NCBI GenBank assembly: GCA_964016885.1
Contig: OZ024740.1
Location: 182,218,001-182,282,000 of the forward strand
Origin: Eledone cirrhosa
Lineage: Eukaryota
Length of the DNA stretch: 64,000 bases
Reading direction: 5' to 3'
Shown: positions 14,359-26,800 of the stretch, one piece after another
How the letters are laid out: every line of letters starts with the position of its first letter
Position numbering within the stretch: position 1 is the first letter of the stretch
Made by a program: the position numbers and the translations under genes
The notes under the pieces: model-generated
The model's input: the letters and a program-made list of their open reading frames with translations, nothing else
What the model was told of the DNA's origin: nothing
Database searches by the model: none

Positions 14359-14409
14359 AGTTTCAGAAGATCCCGTTAATGGTGAAAGCTGCGATTCTTT
14401 TCTTAAAAT
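14359..14409 (+). ncRNA. Family B hammerhead-like motif, decayed copy
   Basis: AGTTTCAGAAGATCCCGTTAATGGTGAAAGCTGCG; stems I and III carry mismatches. Confidence 0.4.
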
Positions 14410-14430
14410 TTAATCTGTTATTTTAATAAA

Positions 14431-14482
<52 letters not shown>

Positions 14483-14524
14483 TGTGTGTCTCTGTGTGTG
14501 TGTGTGTAATTTACGTGTGTAATT

Positions 14525-15000
14525 TAGTTTAGGTTAAGCCCAGAGATTATAATTCAAATAATTTTTATAATTTTTACATGTTTTGATTTAACAAAATGCA
14601 ATTGCAAATATAAATAATAATTTGAAGATTAATTAATTAATTAAATCAACAAATATTGGATTCACATATCACTGAATCTCTTGACGAAACCAATATGAGA
14701 TGAGGAGAATGAGTGTCGCAACATACCAGGTAAAGCAGCAAAATCTATCTGATGTTTGGCTATTTCTGTTGTGTGCTAATTATCACCTGCTTTGACTGGT
14801 ATTTTGGGACATGCATTCTGTTAATGTAATATTTTCTTCCTAAAGATATTTTGAGACATGTGATTGGAATGGTTGTTTGTTTAATTAATTAATCTATGCA
14901 GCATTATTTATGTTTGTGATTGCATTGTGTTAAATTGAAATCGAAGTAGAAATTAATAAAATGATTTGAATTATAATCTTTGGTTTTAACTTAAATTATT
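14525..15000. repeat. Old degenerate inverted repeat (about 215-bp arms)
   Basis: AGATTATAATTCAAAT/ATTTGAATTATAATCT, GATTAATTAATTAA/TTAATTAATTAATC and ATACCAGGTAAAGCAG/CTGCTTTGACTGGTAT occur in mirrored order. Confidence 0.7.
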
Positions 15001-15589
15001 ATGCTCTATATTTTTCCATAATGTATCAACATATTGAGTTTCCACACATTTGGTAATGAATGAGTGTTATAGTAACTCCTACTACTGATCTCCTATATAT
15101 AATGCACTCAGTACACTCTATAAAATCGCTGGCAATCAAACAGAAACAATATAAGATAGAGAGAACTCTTAGATGTTGACAAGTGTATGACGACTACAGT
15201 ATTGTTGGTGTGACAATAAAATATACCCATTAGACTCTTTCAAGAGAGTGGCATTAGGAAACGCACAGATTATGATGACCTGTCCAACCCACTCCAGCAT
15301 GGGAAAAGGAACAATAAGTGATCATGATGATATATTGGTGGATTGCTACACATGCCTCACCAATGCTCACTAGTCATTCACACTGTTGACCAATATTACA
15401 AGAATTAAAATAATAAGGAAGCATAAGAAGTACTTTATGAGTTATTAATTAAATAATTAAGAATAAATCCATGAGTATCTTTTCTTATATCATGGTTCTT
15501 AACTATTAAATGAGAACATTAACAAATATAGGGTCCACCAATAAAAAAGTATACAAACTCCAGGAAAAGAAAAACTTGTATAGATATTT

Positions 15590-18500
15590 AACTTGTTTGG
15601 AAAGGTTTTAAGAACATTTTTAAAAGGTTTGAAACATTTTTTTTATTGAAATATGGGGAAAACTTTGAAGAAGTAATTGAAAAGTATTTAGAAAATTGTT
15701 AGAAAACTTTTCTGAGAACATTTCAAAATTAAAAGTGATAATAATTTTTAGAGATTATTTGTTGAAAGTTTATAAAATTTTGGCTATTTTTTTCTTTCAA
15801 CGTCGGGGAAAATATTTGAGAGCAATTTTAGTGAATTCTTTTCGAAAATATATTGTCAAAAACTTTAAAGAAAATTTTGAGGATTATTTTTCACAATGTT
15901 GGGGATAACATTGCTAAAAGGTTTTCTTGAAAGTTTTGAGGAATGTTTTATTGAAATTTGAGGGAAACTTTTTATGCAATAATTGGCAATGTATTTTTAA
16001 AATATTCAGTAAAATTTTACAAAAATATTCTATGGAAGTTTCAAAAATAACGTCTTAATAATTTTCAGAGAATATTTGGTGAAATTGTTTATACGATTTC
16101 GGCTATTTCTCTTTTTCTGTTACCATCGAGGATAGTTATGAGAAACATTTTGTAAAACATTTAGAAAGTTTTTAGTATAATTTTAGAAAAATATTCTATC
16201 ATTCAGAGAATATTTGTTGAAATTTTCATGAAATTTTGACTATATTTTTTTCTTTTAAAGTTGAGTTAAGTTTCGATAAAATGTGTGTAAATCTTGGGAA
16301 AGTTTTTGAGAGAATTTTTAGTGAAATTTATTCGAAATTATTTTGACATAACCTGACGGAAAACTTTGAAGAATATTTTGGGAATATCATTTGTGAAAAG
16401 TTTGAAGAAATTTTTTAGAATTTTCAGGATTATATTTCACAATCATAGTGATAACATTTTTGATAGGTTTTAAGAAAGTCTTTGAAAATTTTGAGGAAAG
16501 TTTTATTGACATTTTGAGGAGATGTTTGATGAAATAATTATCAAAGTATTTAGAAAATCTTCAGTAAAATTTTAGAAATATATTCTAAGAAAATTTCAAA
16601 AGTAAGGTTGTTAAACATTTTCAGAGAGAATTTGGTGAACTTGTAATTAAAATTTTGCCTAATTTTTCTTTTAATGTCAATAAAATGTTGAGAAAATGCC
16701 TGAAAACCATGTGGAAAATGTATTTTTAGTGAAATGTTTTCAAAAATATTTTGATAAAATCTAAAAGAGAATTTTGAGGAATATTTTTTATAACTTTGGG
16801 GATAACATTTTAGAAAGGTTTTAAGAAAAAGTTTGAAATGTTTGAAGAAAATACTATTGAAACTTTGGGGAAATTTTATGAAATATTTGGCAAAGTATTT
16901 ATAAAATTATGAAAGACTTTGGGGAAAATATTTGATGGAATTTTTAGTGAAATTCTTAGTGAAATTTAGAAGAAAAAATTCATGAAAATATTTGGAAATA
17001 TGTGCGGAAAATAATTTGCAATGTTCGAGAAAGGTTTTAGAGATAGATTTTCATAAAACCTTTAATCTTTTACTCTGTTACTGTTTTACCTGTTCCAGCC
17101 ATTCGGCTGGGGCCATTTAATTAAATTTTATTAAATTTTATGAATTTTTAGAAGATTTTTTCAAAAATTTAAAGAATGTTTCTTCGGAATATTTAAAATC
17201 GTTGAAAGAATTTTAATGAAATTATTTGAAAATATTTTGAAGTAAATATTTAGTAAAATATGGGGGAAATCTTTTGAGAAAATTTTCAGTAATTCTAAGA
17301 AATTACAAAATTCCCTTTTCGGAAACTATTAAGAAAGTTTTACTATTTATTCAGCGAAAATATTTGTTGAAATTGTTGATAAAATTTTGTTTTTTTCATT
17401 TTCTGTCACTGTCGAGGGAAATTTTGAGAAAAGTTTGAAAAATTTGGAGACAATATTTAGGAGAAAATTTAGTGGAATAGTTTAGGAGAAACTTTAGTGG
17501 AATATTTTAGGAGAAAATGTAGTGTAATATTTTAGGAGAAAATTTGGTGGAATATTTTTCACAATTTTGATGATAGCATTTTCAAATATTTTAAAGAAAA
17601 CTTTTGAAAATTTCGAAGAAAGTTTTATTAAAATTATTTAGAAATTTTTGAAGAAATAATTGGCAAGATATTTAGAAAATTTACCACAAAATTTTAGAAA
17701 AATATTCTATGAAAATTTCCAAAAATTGATTTTAAAACGTGGACTATTTTTTTTCTGTTAACGTCAAGGTAAATTTTGAGAAAAATTCTGAAAATCCCGG
17801 AGAAAATGTTTCAGAGAAGTTTTAGTGAAATGTATTCAAAAATATTTTGACAACATTTTAAAGAATATTTTGAGGAATATTTTTCACAAATTTTTGGATA
17901 AAATTGCAAAAGTTTTTAAGAAAAGAAATGGTAATTTTCAAGAAATTATTATTGAAATTTTGGGGAAAAATTTGATGAAACATTTGGCAAAGTATATATA
18001 AACTGTCAGTATAATTTTAGAAACATTTTCTAAAAAGAATTTAAAAAAATAGTTATTAGTAATCTTTAGAGAATACTTGTGTGAATTGTTTATCAAAGTT
18101 TCCTTATTTCTTTCTGTTAACGTCGAAGAAAATTTTGAGAAGAAAAAATTAGGGGAAAATATTTGAGGCAACTTTTAGTAAAATCATTTCGAAAATATTT
18201 TGAGAAAACTTTAAAGAAAAATCATGAAAATATTCGAAAATATGTGCGGAAAATAATATAAAAGATTTGGGAAAAGTTTTAGAGTAAGGCTTTTATAAGA
18301 CCTTTGAAAAAATTATGGAAAATTTTTGAAAGATTCTGACGAAGATTATTCGAAAATTTTGAGGAAAGTATTTGAGAGCAATTTTAGTGAATTTCTTTCG
18401 GAAATAATTTGACAAAATTTAAAAGGAAATTTTGAGAAACATTTTTCACCATTTTGGAAATAACATTTTCAAAAGGTTCTAAGAAAACGTTTGAAAATTT

Positions 18501-19020
18501 TGAGGAAACTTACATTGAAATTTACGGAAAAAATTTGATGCAAAAATTGGCTAAATATTTAGAAAATTTTCAGTAAAATTTTAGAAAAACATTCTAAGAA
18601 AATCTCAAAAATAACGTCCTTAATTATTTTGGTGAAATTGTTTATCAAATTTCGGCTATTTTTCTTTTTCTGTTACCGTCGAGGATAATTATGAGTAAAA
18701 GTTTGAAGACCCTGGGGAAAGTTTTTCAGAGAAATTTTAGTAAAAGTTTTACAAAAATTATTTTGAAATTATTTAAAATAAAATTTTGAGGAATAATTTT
18801 GTGAATAAAATTTTAGAAATGTTTTAAGGAATGCTTTGAAAATTTGGAGGAATATTATTCAAAATTTTTGGGAAGGCTTTAAGAAGGCATTAAGAAAAAA
18901 ATTTAAAATTTTATTTGAAAATCTCAAAGAAAGTTTAGAGAGATTTTTTTGTGTGTGCAATTTCAAAAATATAGTTATTGATAGTTTTCAGAGAATATTT
19001 GTTGGAATCTTTTATAAAAC
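15590..19020. repeat. Degenerate AT-rich satellite-like array
   Basis: Motif like CTATTTTTTTCTGTTAACGTCGAGGAAAATTTTGAGAAAA recurs near 15783, 16103, 16240, 16660, 17395, 17743, 18105, 18655; 22-bp tandem at 17450-17560; plus strand strongly C-poor. Confidence 0.85.
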
Positions 19021-19346
19021 CTTGACTATGAGACAGGAGTAATATCTCTGGTGCTACAAAGTAATACAAAAGACTCGACTTTTTACAGGCCAAATCTGAA
19101 GCATATATTATGCACCACTTCAACCTAGCCACTCCCATACATCTCCCATGAGGTCAAGCTGAAGTATCCATCCATTGGAGATAAAAATAAACCTAAACAC
19201 AATAACATATAGCCTTCAGTCTATTTAATACTCAATAATGGTCAGGCTTGTACCATTTATACATGCTTTTGAGCAATTCATTTTATTTGCATCAGAGTTT
19301 AACAACTAAAATGTGGTTTGCACATCTCTGGACAGTTAGCTCCATG

Positions 19347-19427
<81 letters not shown>

Positions 19428-19954
19428 ATACATATGGCTTTAATCCCAGGACTATCTTTCACTTTTCCCCATATGCATCCTTGTAACATATTTATTTGCA
19501 ATATTTTCACGATCAGGTAATTAAAACATTGAATACTGATTTTTGTAAACTAGTGATGATCCATAGTCATTATCATTATACATATATTATTTGGCTTATG
19601 TTGCCAAAGAAAAAATATACAATATAGACAATTCCAACTGACAAAAATGTATTGTCTTCAATTCCATTAGTTCTGCCTCATTTATTACAATTATGTTAGT
19701 CAGTAGTTGGTTTTCATTGAGATTTGAAACATCTGTATTGGATTAGCTTTATGTATAATAAGTTAGCAATATATATTTTTATACTCTTATTGCCTTTGTA
19801 CCTGTTATATGTAGTACATTATATAATATTTGTTTTTGTCTGTAATATTCTTGTATAAGCGAGCATTGAAAGATTTTATTTTTAAATCTTACATCCATTG
19901 GGCTTTTACATATTAACAGAATCAAAATGTTTATATTTTGAATTATCTTTTTAT

Positions 19955-20446
19955 ATAAATGTAATCTCAGTTTTTCGAATATTTATAATAATATTCAATT
20001 CGTTTGCAATGATGTAAACAGCCTCTTTTAAAGCCATGTCAGTAGAATGACCCCATCATTCTTGCTCTATTATTGGCATGTACACAGAACTGCAGACACT
20101 AATATTTCTGGGTGATATGAAAATCTGGCTGGTCAGTGGGTCTGCTAATATGCAGATCTGACTGATCAGTCAATCTGCTAATATGCAAATCCGGCCGATC
20201 AGTCACTGTATATATCAGAAAATATATATTTTCTCTATCTCTGACAGTTGGCAGGTAAGCAGTATATTGTACTGGTGAAGGGTAATCGCCCAGAAACATT
20301 AGTGTATGCAGTTCTGTTTACATGCCAATACAACAGCAAGAATGATGGGATCATTCTACAAACATGGCTTAAAAAGAGGCTGTTTGCATAATTGCAAACA
20401 AATCGAATATTTTTATTAATATTCGAAAACCTCAGATTACATTTAT
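19955..20446. mobile_element. Fold-back element (arms 19955-20116 and 20285-20446)
   Basis: Arms are diverged reverse complements; spacer has a 33-bp tandem; hammerhead at the inner end of the right arm. Confidence 0.85.
20266..20312 (+). ncRNA. Type I hammerhead-like motif with one core substitution
   Basis: ATTGTA-CTGGTGA-A GGGT aatc GCCC A-GAAA-CATTAGTG-TA-TGCAGT; 6-bp stem I, near-palindromic stem III. Confidence 0.6.
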
Positions 20447-21339
20447 TGTATTCAGCCATGCAGAGAAATGAATTCTTTGTCAGTTATTTTGATATAATAT
20501 ATATATATAACTATAAACATAGACACACATACACACATGTATATGATGGACTTTTGCAGTTACCATCTTCCAAATTTCATTAACAATGTGAGATTATCGT
20601 AGGAGACACTTACCCTAAGTATCATGCTGTGAGATTGAAAGTGAAGCCATATTGCTGTGAAAACCTTTTAACTATGTTGCTATGCTTGCTTCTATGTATA
20701 ATATGTATAATGTGTATGTAAAGTAAATTTAAATATGTATATTCTCATGTGCATGCACACACACACAAACACCTTCAAACAGACTCAACCCGACACACAC
20801 ACAAGTAATTCAATTTTTTATTATCAAGGGAAAGGTACATAAACTAACAGATAGGGTGAGGTGAGATTTTTAATTAGTGAAGTGTCTTCAATTTGCTATC
20901 TTTAATAATAATGACACTCACTAATGTAGAAAAAACATTTTCATAATGTAATTGATATTGTGCTTTTTGTTAATACATGTATAAGGAATTGAGATAGACT
21001 GAAATACAAGAAAACTGTAAATACGTCATTTCAAAGGTTTTCAGAACAAATATGTGTCTCAATGGATTTATTCTTAAAAAAATGAAGATCAAAACTAAAT
21101 ATATAATTTATGAAGAAGAGTATTGGGCAGTGTGTCATCGTTAAAATATTCAGCATGATGCCTTTTGATGATTGTGATAATTAAACCCATCATCATCATC
21201 ATCATATTCATCTCTAGTAAGATTAGATGCTACTGAAACCTTACTTGATTTACTCTTACCTTTTCCGTCTTCATTCCGCAGAGTGCATATTATTTGTAGC
21301 TGGGTAAGTATGTACATACATATTATATATATATTTCTT

Positions 21340-22515
21340 TATGTACTGTGTGTATGAATGTATATCTTTCTTAGTTTCGAGTACGTTTTTGACCTGCCAC
21401 CTTTCTGGTGGCAAGGTTGTAAAAGAAAAGAAATTGTCATCCCTTGAATCACAAGAATGTTTTGCAAAAGTGTGAAGGTGCCATCAATTGCAGCCATTTG
21501 TAGTCTATGAATTAGTGAGCTGCGATCTTTGTCCACAGATTCAAGTTGGTCCAAGCAGGCTGGTATATAAGCTGTAGCTCCAATAAAAATGGTTATGAAG
21601 CTGAAAATGTATCTTGGATACTGGATCATCAAACTCTGCATCAATGGCCCGTAGATGTCCCCCTTCTCTTGTATTTTTCTTGCAAGGTTTACATCAAGTG
21701 GGCACCTGATCTCTACAACAGAGCACGTTTTCAATCTGTGGCCCCAAACAACAATATCAGGCCGGTGGTGCGTTGATTTGGTTGCAGTTTTTATTTTTGG
21801 GTTCTACCAATATTCTTTAGTGCCATCTATCTCCACATATTCCTCCTCATTTGTTTTTAATTTTGTTTTCCTAAGTGCACACCGGATGGTTCTAGCTATC
21901 ACATTGTCTCTCATAGGGAGGTAGTAGCGAGACAACATCTTTCGCAGTTGGCAACAATGTGGCTAACATCTTTGATCTTTGTTTTACAAAGTCTACATTT
22001 ATTGTCGACTGATGGCGCTCCTTTTTGTGTATCAGATATTTGGTAGAGATTTCTTGTTCCTGTATTGCATAGAGATATCCTTCAAGATGGGATGTCATAA
22101 ACCTGTCGGAACTCCATACCAGGTTTTTAAGTGATTTATTCCCTCTATGGTCTGTGTTTTTCGTTTCAGGTACCCATGCAGAACTTACTCTATAAATTGG
22201 TCCATTTTCTCATCCTCTTCGAACATTGAATAGGATCTTCCAATTTCCCTGGGAGAGAGATTTATATCAGGCCTCATTCGATATCTCTCCTCCAGATCAG
22301 TGACTATCTTAATGATACCATTTTTTCATGCTCATAGACCTGGGCAAGATGGTTGCTGACCTTTTTCTTCTGATGAAGATGTTGCTTCAGCTACTATTTG
22401 GGTCTTGTATGATGTTAATATGGATTTTAGACCCCAACCTCCTTCCTTACATGAGAAGTATAGCCTATCCACATCACCATTGATGTTAAAGTTTCCAGTA
22501 AGACTGAGAAGCTTG
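21340..22515 (-). pseudogene. Degenerate R4/Dong-clade non-LTR retrotransposon 3' part (Zn knuckle, restriction-like endonuclease)
   Basis: DVDRLYFSCKEGGWGLKSI; SHLEGYLYAIQEQEISTKY; HRPDIVVW...CSVVEIRCPLDVN...QEKGDIY; frameshifted; TA-rich flanks. Confidence 0.85.
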
Positions 22516-22594
22516 TATGTATGTATATGTGTGTATGTGTATATATATATACATGTATATATACATATATGTATGCATGTGTATGTATATGCGT

Positions 22595-22922
22595 AGGGAC
22601 ATAGAAATAATCGGGCTAGATACCGATCGCGCGGTTAAACCATTGGGTGTGAAGGACCCCTAGCCTTTGTAAGGGCATTCTTCTAGGAGAAGGCAACTCA
22701 GGAAACTGGGAAAACTCTGACATAAAACCTGTGGCTCAGTAGTTACCGATGATGTTGATATTTTCTTCTTTTCAGATTATAGCTGCTGTCGTTCAGAGAG
22801 TGGGATTGGCTCAGTGCACAGTCTTTCCTCACATGAAAAAAATCTTCATGCATGGGCATTGCATGATAGAATTAATTACAAGCAGGGAAGAGCGGACCTA
22901 AAATGATGATGATGATGATGAT
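22595..22922 (+). mobile_element. Short interspersed element with RTE-5'-like motif and (GAT)n tail
   Basis: CTAGGAGAAGG...GAAAACTCTGACATAAAACC resembles RTE 5' UTR motifs; ends in (GAT)n; single copy here. Confidence 0.4.
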
Positions 22923-23069
22923 AATAATCATATATCGTGCAATAGCCATACTTGATAACGAGGGGGCAGCCATCATCATATGTATGTATGTATGTATGTA
23001 ATGTAATGTATGTATATGCGTGTGTAGAAATATATATATATATATATATATGCATTGTACCCCCCGGTA

Positions 23070-23480
23070 TCCGTTGTCACAGTTATCTGCACAATTGTCC
23101 TTGTGTTATATGGTCTTGATTGAGTTAACTGGATAAGAAGCTCATTTCAGAATCTCTCTATATTCCAGAACAACATCATGAGACTTATGACTAACAAATG
23201 ACATAGTGACCATATCTCTATCAATGAGCTACTTAATATTACTAAGCTTAAAGCAATTACATCAGTTATCAAATCAAGAATACTTAAGCTGTATGGTCAT
23301 ATCAAAAGATCAACTAATAGTGTGAGTTAGTTATGCCTAGAAGTAAAAAAATCAAAGGTCAATAGCCAAAATGCTGGCATCATAATGTCAACTTATGGAG
23401 TGGTCTTGACCTTTATTCTTGAAACTCTGCTGTTGGCAATCGAACTTTGTGGAGAAGAATATATTTTGTTGATGTGCAGT
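23070..23480 (+). pseudogene. Old LINE (RTE-like) 3' fragment
   Basis: LSIFQNNIMRLMTNK*HSDHISINELL...KSRILKLYGHIKRS matches the post-RT C-terminal pattern. Confidence 0.6.
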
Positions 23481-23666
23481 CTGCAAATCTATGTATGAAT
23501 GCTAACCTGAATGTCTTAAGAAAGAATTAAAATGATTGGAAAGGCCTCCAGCTCTAAATTATTATCTCAAAAACAACCAAATAACCCATCCCAGCATGGG
23601 TTTTTTGATGTAAAAGTGATGTTAATGATGATGATATTGAAATATATATTGATAGGCACATATATA

Positions 23667-23815
23667 TGGCGGCACATGGCTTAGTGATTAGAGCTAGTAG
23701 TTAGAGGTTGGTGTTAAGAAGGGCATCCAGCTGTAGAAATCAAGCCAGAATCAGTTCCCGTCCCACCCTTGCAAGCGGGGAAAAGTGGATGTAAAATGAA
23801 ATGATGATGATGATG
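23667..23815 (+). mobile_element. SINE family 2, internally deleted
   Basis: Head GGCGGCACATGGCTTAGTG joined directly to the RTE-like tail; compare 40815-41202. Confidence 0.8.
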
Positions 23816-23816
23816 T

Positions 23817-26800
23817 ATCATCATCATCATCATCATCATCATCAACGTTTAACGTCCGTGTTCCACGCTTGCATGGGTTTGGACGGGGGTAGTCCCACTT
23901 GAGGCAAGAGTGATTGTCTTGCTCGCATAGGACTGTCTGGCAGGTTTTCTACAGTTTGATGCCCTTCCTAACACCAACCACATTTACAGTGTGGGTCTGG
24001 GAGGTTTTTACCGTGTTGCCTACACGGCCACATTACAGCGTGGACTGTGTGTTTTTTTGTCGTGACACCTACACGATCTCATTTGTTTCGGCCTGGATGG
24101 CGCGGCACCAACATAACTTTACATAGAACGGGGTGGTGTGGATGGGGTGGGGGTGGTGGGGGTGGGACGGGGTGTATTTTGTTAGAGATGCCTACTGGCA
24201 AGGCGGGTCTTCTCTGTTACTGAGTACCGCCAAAGGTCTCGGTCCAGTGACATTGTCTTGGAGAGGTGTAAGTGTGTGAGGTCGGAGTTTATCAGCTCGT
24301 CCCAGGTTTTTCTAGGTCTGCCTATTCCGTGGCTACCGTCTATCTTTATTGCCCTGCACTTTGTTATACAGCTATCGACTTTCATGCGCATCACGTGTCC
24401 ATACCAACGTAGCCTTCTCTCGAGTAAACAACATCTGATCCCTCTTATCTCTAATTTTTTCCTTAGTTCGTTTATGCTTTGCCGTTCACGTATATTACTG
24501 TTACACATCCAGCGGAGCATGCAAGCTTCGTTCCTCTCTAGTCTGCGTATATCCTCTGCACACAATGCCCAGGTCTCACTGCCATGCAACATTGCTGTTC
24601 GTATGCAGGCATCGTACAACCTGCCTTTCATTTTTAGGGAGAACCCTTTAGCAGCTAATAGTGGTATAAGCTCTCTGAACTTTTTCCAACCAGTTCTGAC
24701 TCTAGCTACAGTACTTTCAGAGCACCCTCCCCCACTGCTGATTTTATCGCCCAGGTAACGGAAGCTGTCCACTATTTCTATAGAACCCTCTGTGCAATTG
24801 AAAGAGCTAGTATTTAATGGGCACTTGCTGCTACTTATTGCACCAGAACACCGGCCACATGTAAAATCTATGTTCTTAGTTAGCTTACCTGTGATCCCAC
24901 TACATCTTTTATGCACCCATACTTTGCATTTAGGACGTAAAATGGAGTTTCTACCTACGCCTTTCCTACACACCGAGCACGACCATTTCCCAGAAGGGAC
25001 CGCCGCCTTGTTTTCTTTCCTACAAACTAGAACTTTGGTCTTAGCCAGGTTAATTTTAAGTCCTTTTGATTCTAGGCCGTGCTTCCATGTTTGGAATTTC
25101 TTCTCTAGCTCGGCCATTGATTCAGCTATGAGCGTTAGATCATCTGCGTATAGGAGTTCCCATGGGCAGCCGGTCTTGAACTCCACTGTTATAGCCCGGA
25201 GGGCAATAATAAATAGTAGGGGGCTAAGAACAGAGCCCTGATGAACACCAACTTTTACGCTAAACTCTTCACTATATTCGTTGTTAATTCTAACCTTGCT
25301 GACTGTTTCTTTATACATGGCTTGTATAGCTCTCACAAGCCATTCATCAACACCTAGTTTTCTAAGAGCCCACCAGATAATAGAACGGGGGAGTCTGTCG
25401 AAGGCTTTCTCCAAGTCGACGAAAGCTAAGTATAGGGGTTTACTTTTAGTTAGGTACTTCTCCTGTAGTTGTCGTACAATGAAAAGAGCGTCTGTGGTGC
25501 TTTTGCCTGACACAAACCCGAACTGCATTTCATGTAGGTCAATTCTCTCTCTGATTAGTTGCGCTATTACTTTTTCCGTGACCTTCATGACCTGGTCGAT
25601 TAATGTAATGCCTCTATAGTTACTCCTATCTAGGGCGTCTCCTTTACCCTTATAACAGTTAACGATGATGCAGCTATGCCAGTCCTTCGGAACAACCCAA
25701 GTCTGTACGACTTGGTTAACTATGCGGGTGACCATGGTGTGTCCCACTGTGCCAGATGCCTTCAGCATCTCAGCAACTATTTCCGAAGGCCCAGCCACCT
25801 TACCCGTCTTCATATCCTTGATTGCCTTAATTATTATACTCCCCTCGACTAACACTGCTGGTCCCTCTATTGGGTCGATATGGGGGAGACTGTCTTTCTC
25901 CCATTTATTCTCCTCATTTAGTAGCCTTTCATAGTGACACTTCCAAGCTACCTTCTTATCAGTGTCGGTGATGGCAAGTATGCCATCATCGTTAAGTACA
26001 CACTTCTCCCCGACAATATCACGGTTTTCCTTGACGCATTGCCTAGCAATCCTGAACACCTCACGTTTTTGGTGATTGCGTTGTAGAACATGCTTGAACT
26101 TTCTTTCCTCAGCTTCCCTTCTTGCTAAGTACACTTCTCTCCTAGCTACCCTCCTGGCCACTTGATAGTCTACTCTACTTCCCCCATCCCGCCATACTTT
26201 CCAAGCCTGCTTTTTGGCCTTAATTGACCCCTCCACCTTACTGTTCCACCACCATGTTACTCTCCTCCTGCCTACAGGCCTGCTCCAGCCACAGACTTCG
26301 TCTGTCGCCAACAGCAGGTTTGCTTTCAGAAATTCCCACTGTCCCTCTATATTGTCCGACTCTAGATGCTCTTCCTTACTGTCGAAAGCATCAAGTAATA
26401 TGCTTTGAAATTTATTTCTGGCTGTGGGGTCCTTTAGCTTCCATATTTTCCTCCTGAGGATAGTCCTCTTCTGCTGTCGAGTACGTCTCGTCCTGACTAT
26501 GAGGTCGCTAATTATCAGTCTATGTTGGGAGGTGCATTCTTCATGGGGGAGGGATTTAGTGTTTACAATAGACACTCTGTCACGTCTTCTGGTAAGGATA
26601 TAATCTACCTGGCTTGTGTGTTCCCCGGATCTATAGGTGATCAGGTGATTGTTACGTTTTTTGAAGTTAGTGTTACAGATAGTTAGGTTATTTGCATCAC
26701 AGAATTCCAGGATTCTGGAGCCTTCCTCATTTCTAGTACCAAACCCATAGCCTCCATGGATTCCGTCGTAGCCGTCACAATGTTGTCCAACGCGGCCATT

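Noticed and set aside
17450-17560. Regular 22-bp repeats (also the minisatellite at 58080-58370) as a CRISPR-like array
   Set aside because: Direct tandem units without unique spacers, eukaryotic context, no cas genes
9119-21301. Scattered minus-strand exon-like segments (9119-9454, 12305-12442, 14035-14120, about 19140-19192, 21262-21301)
   Set aside because: Plausible splice signals, but phases do not join into one open frame and no protein is recognisable
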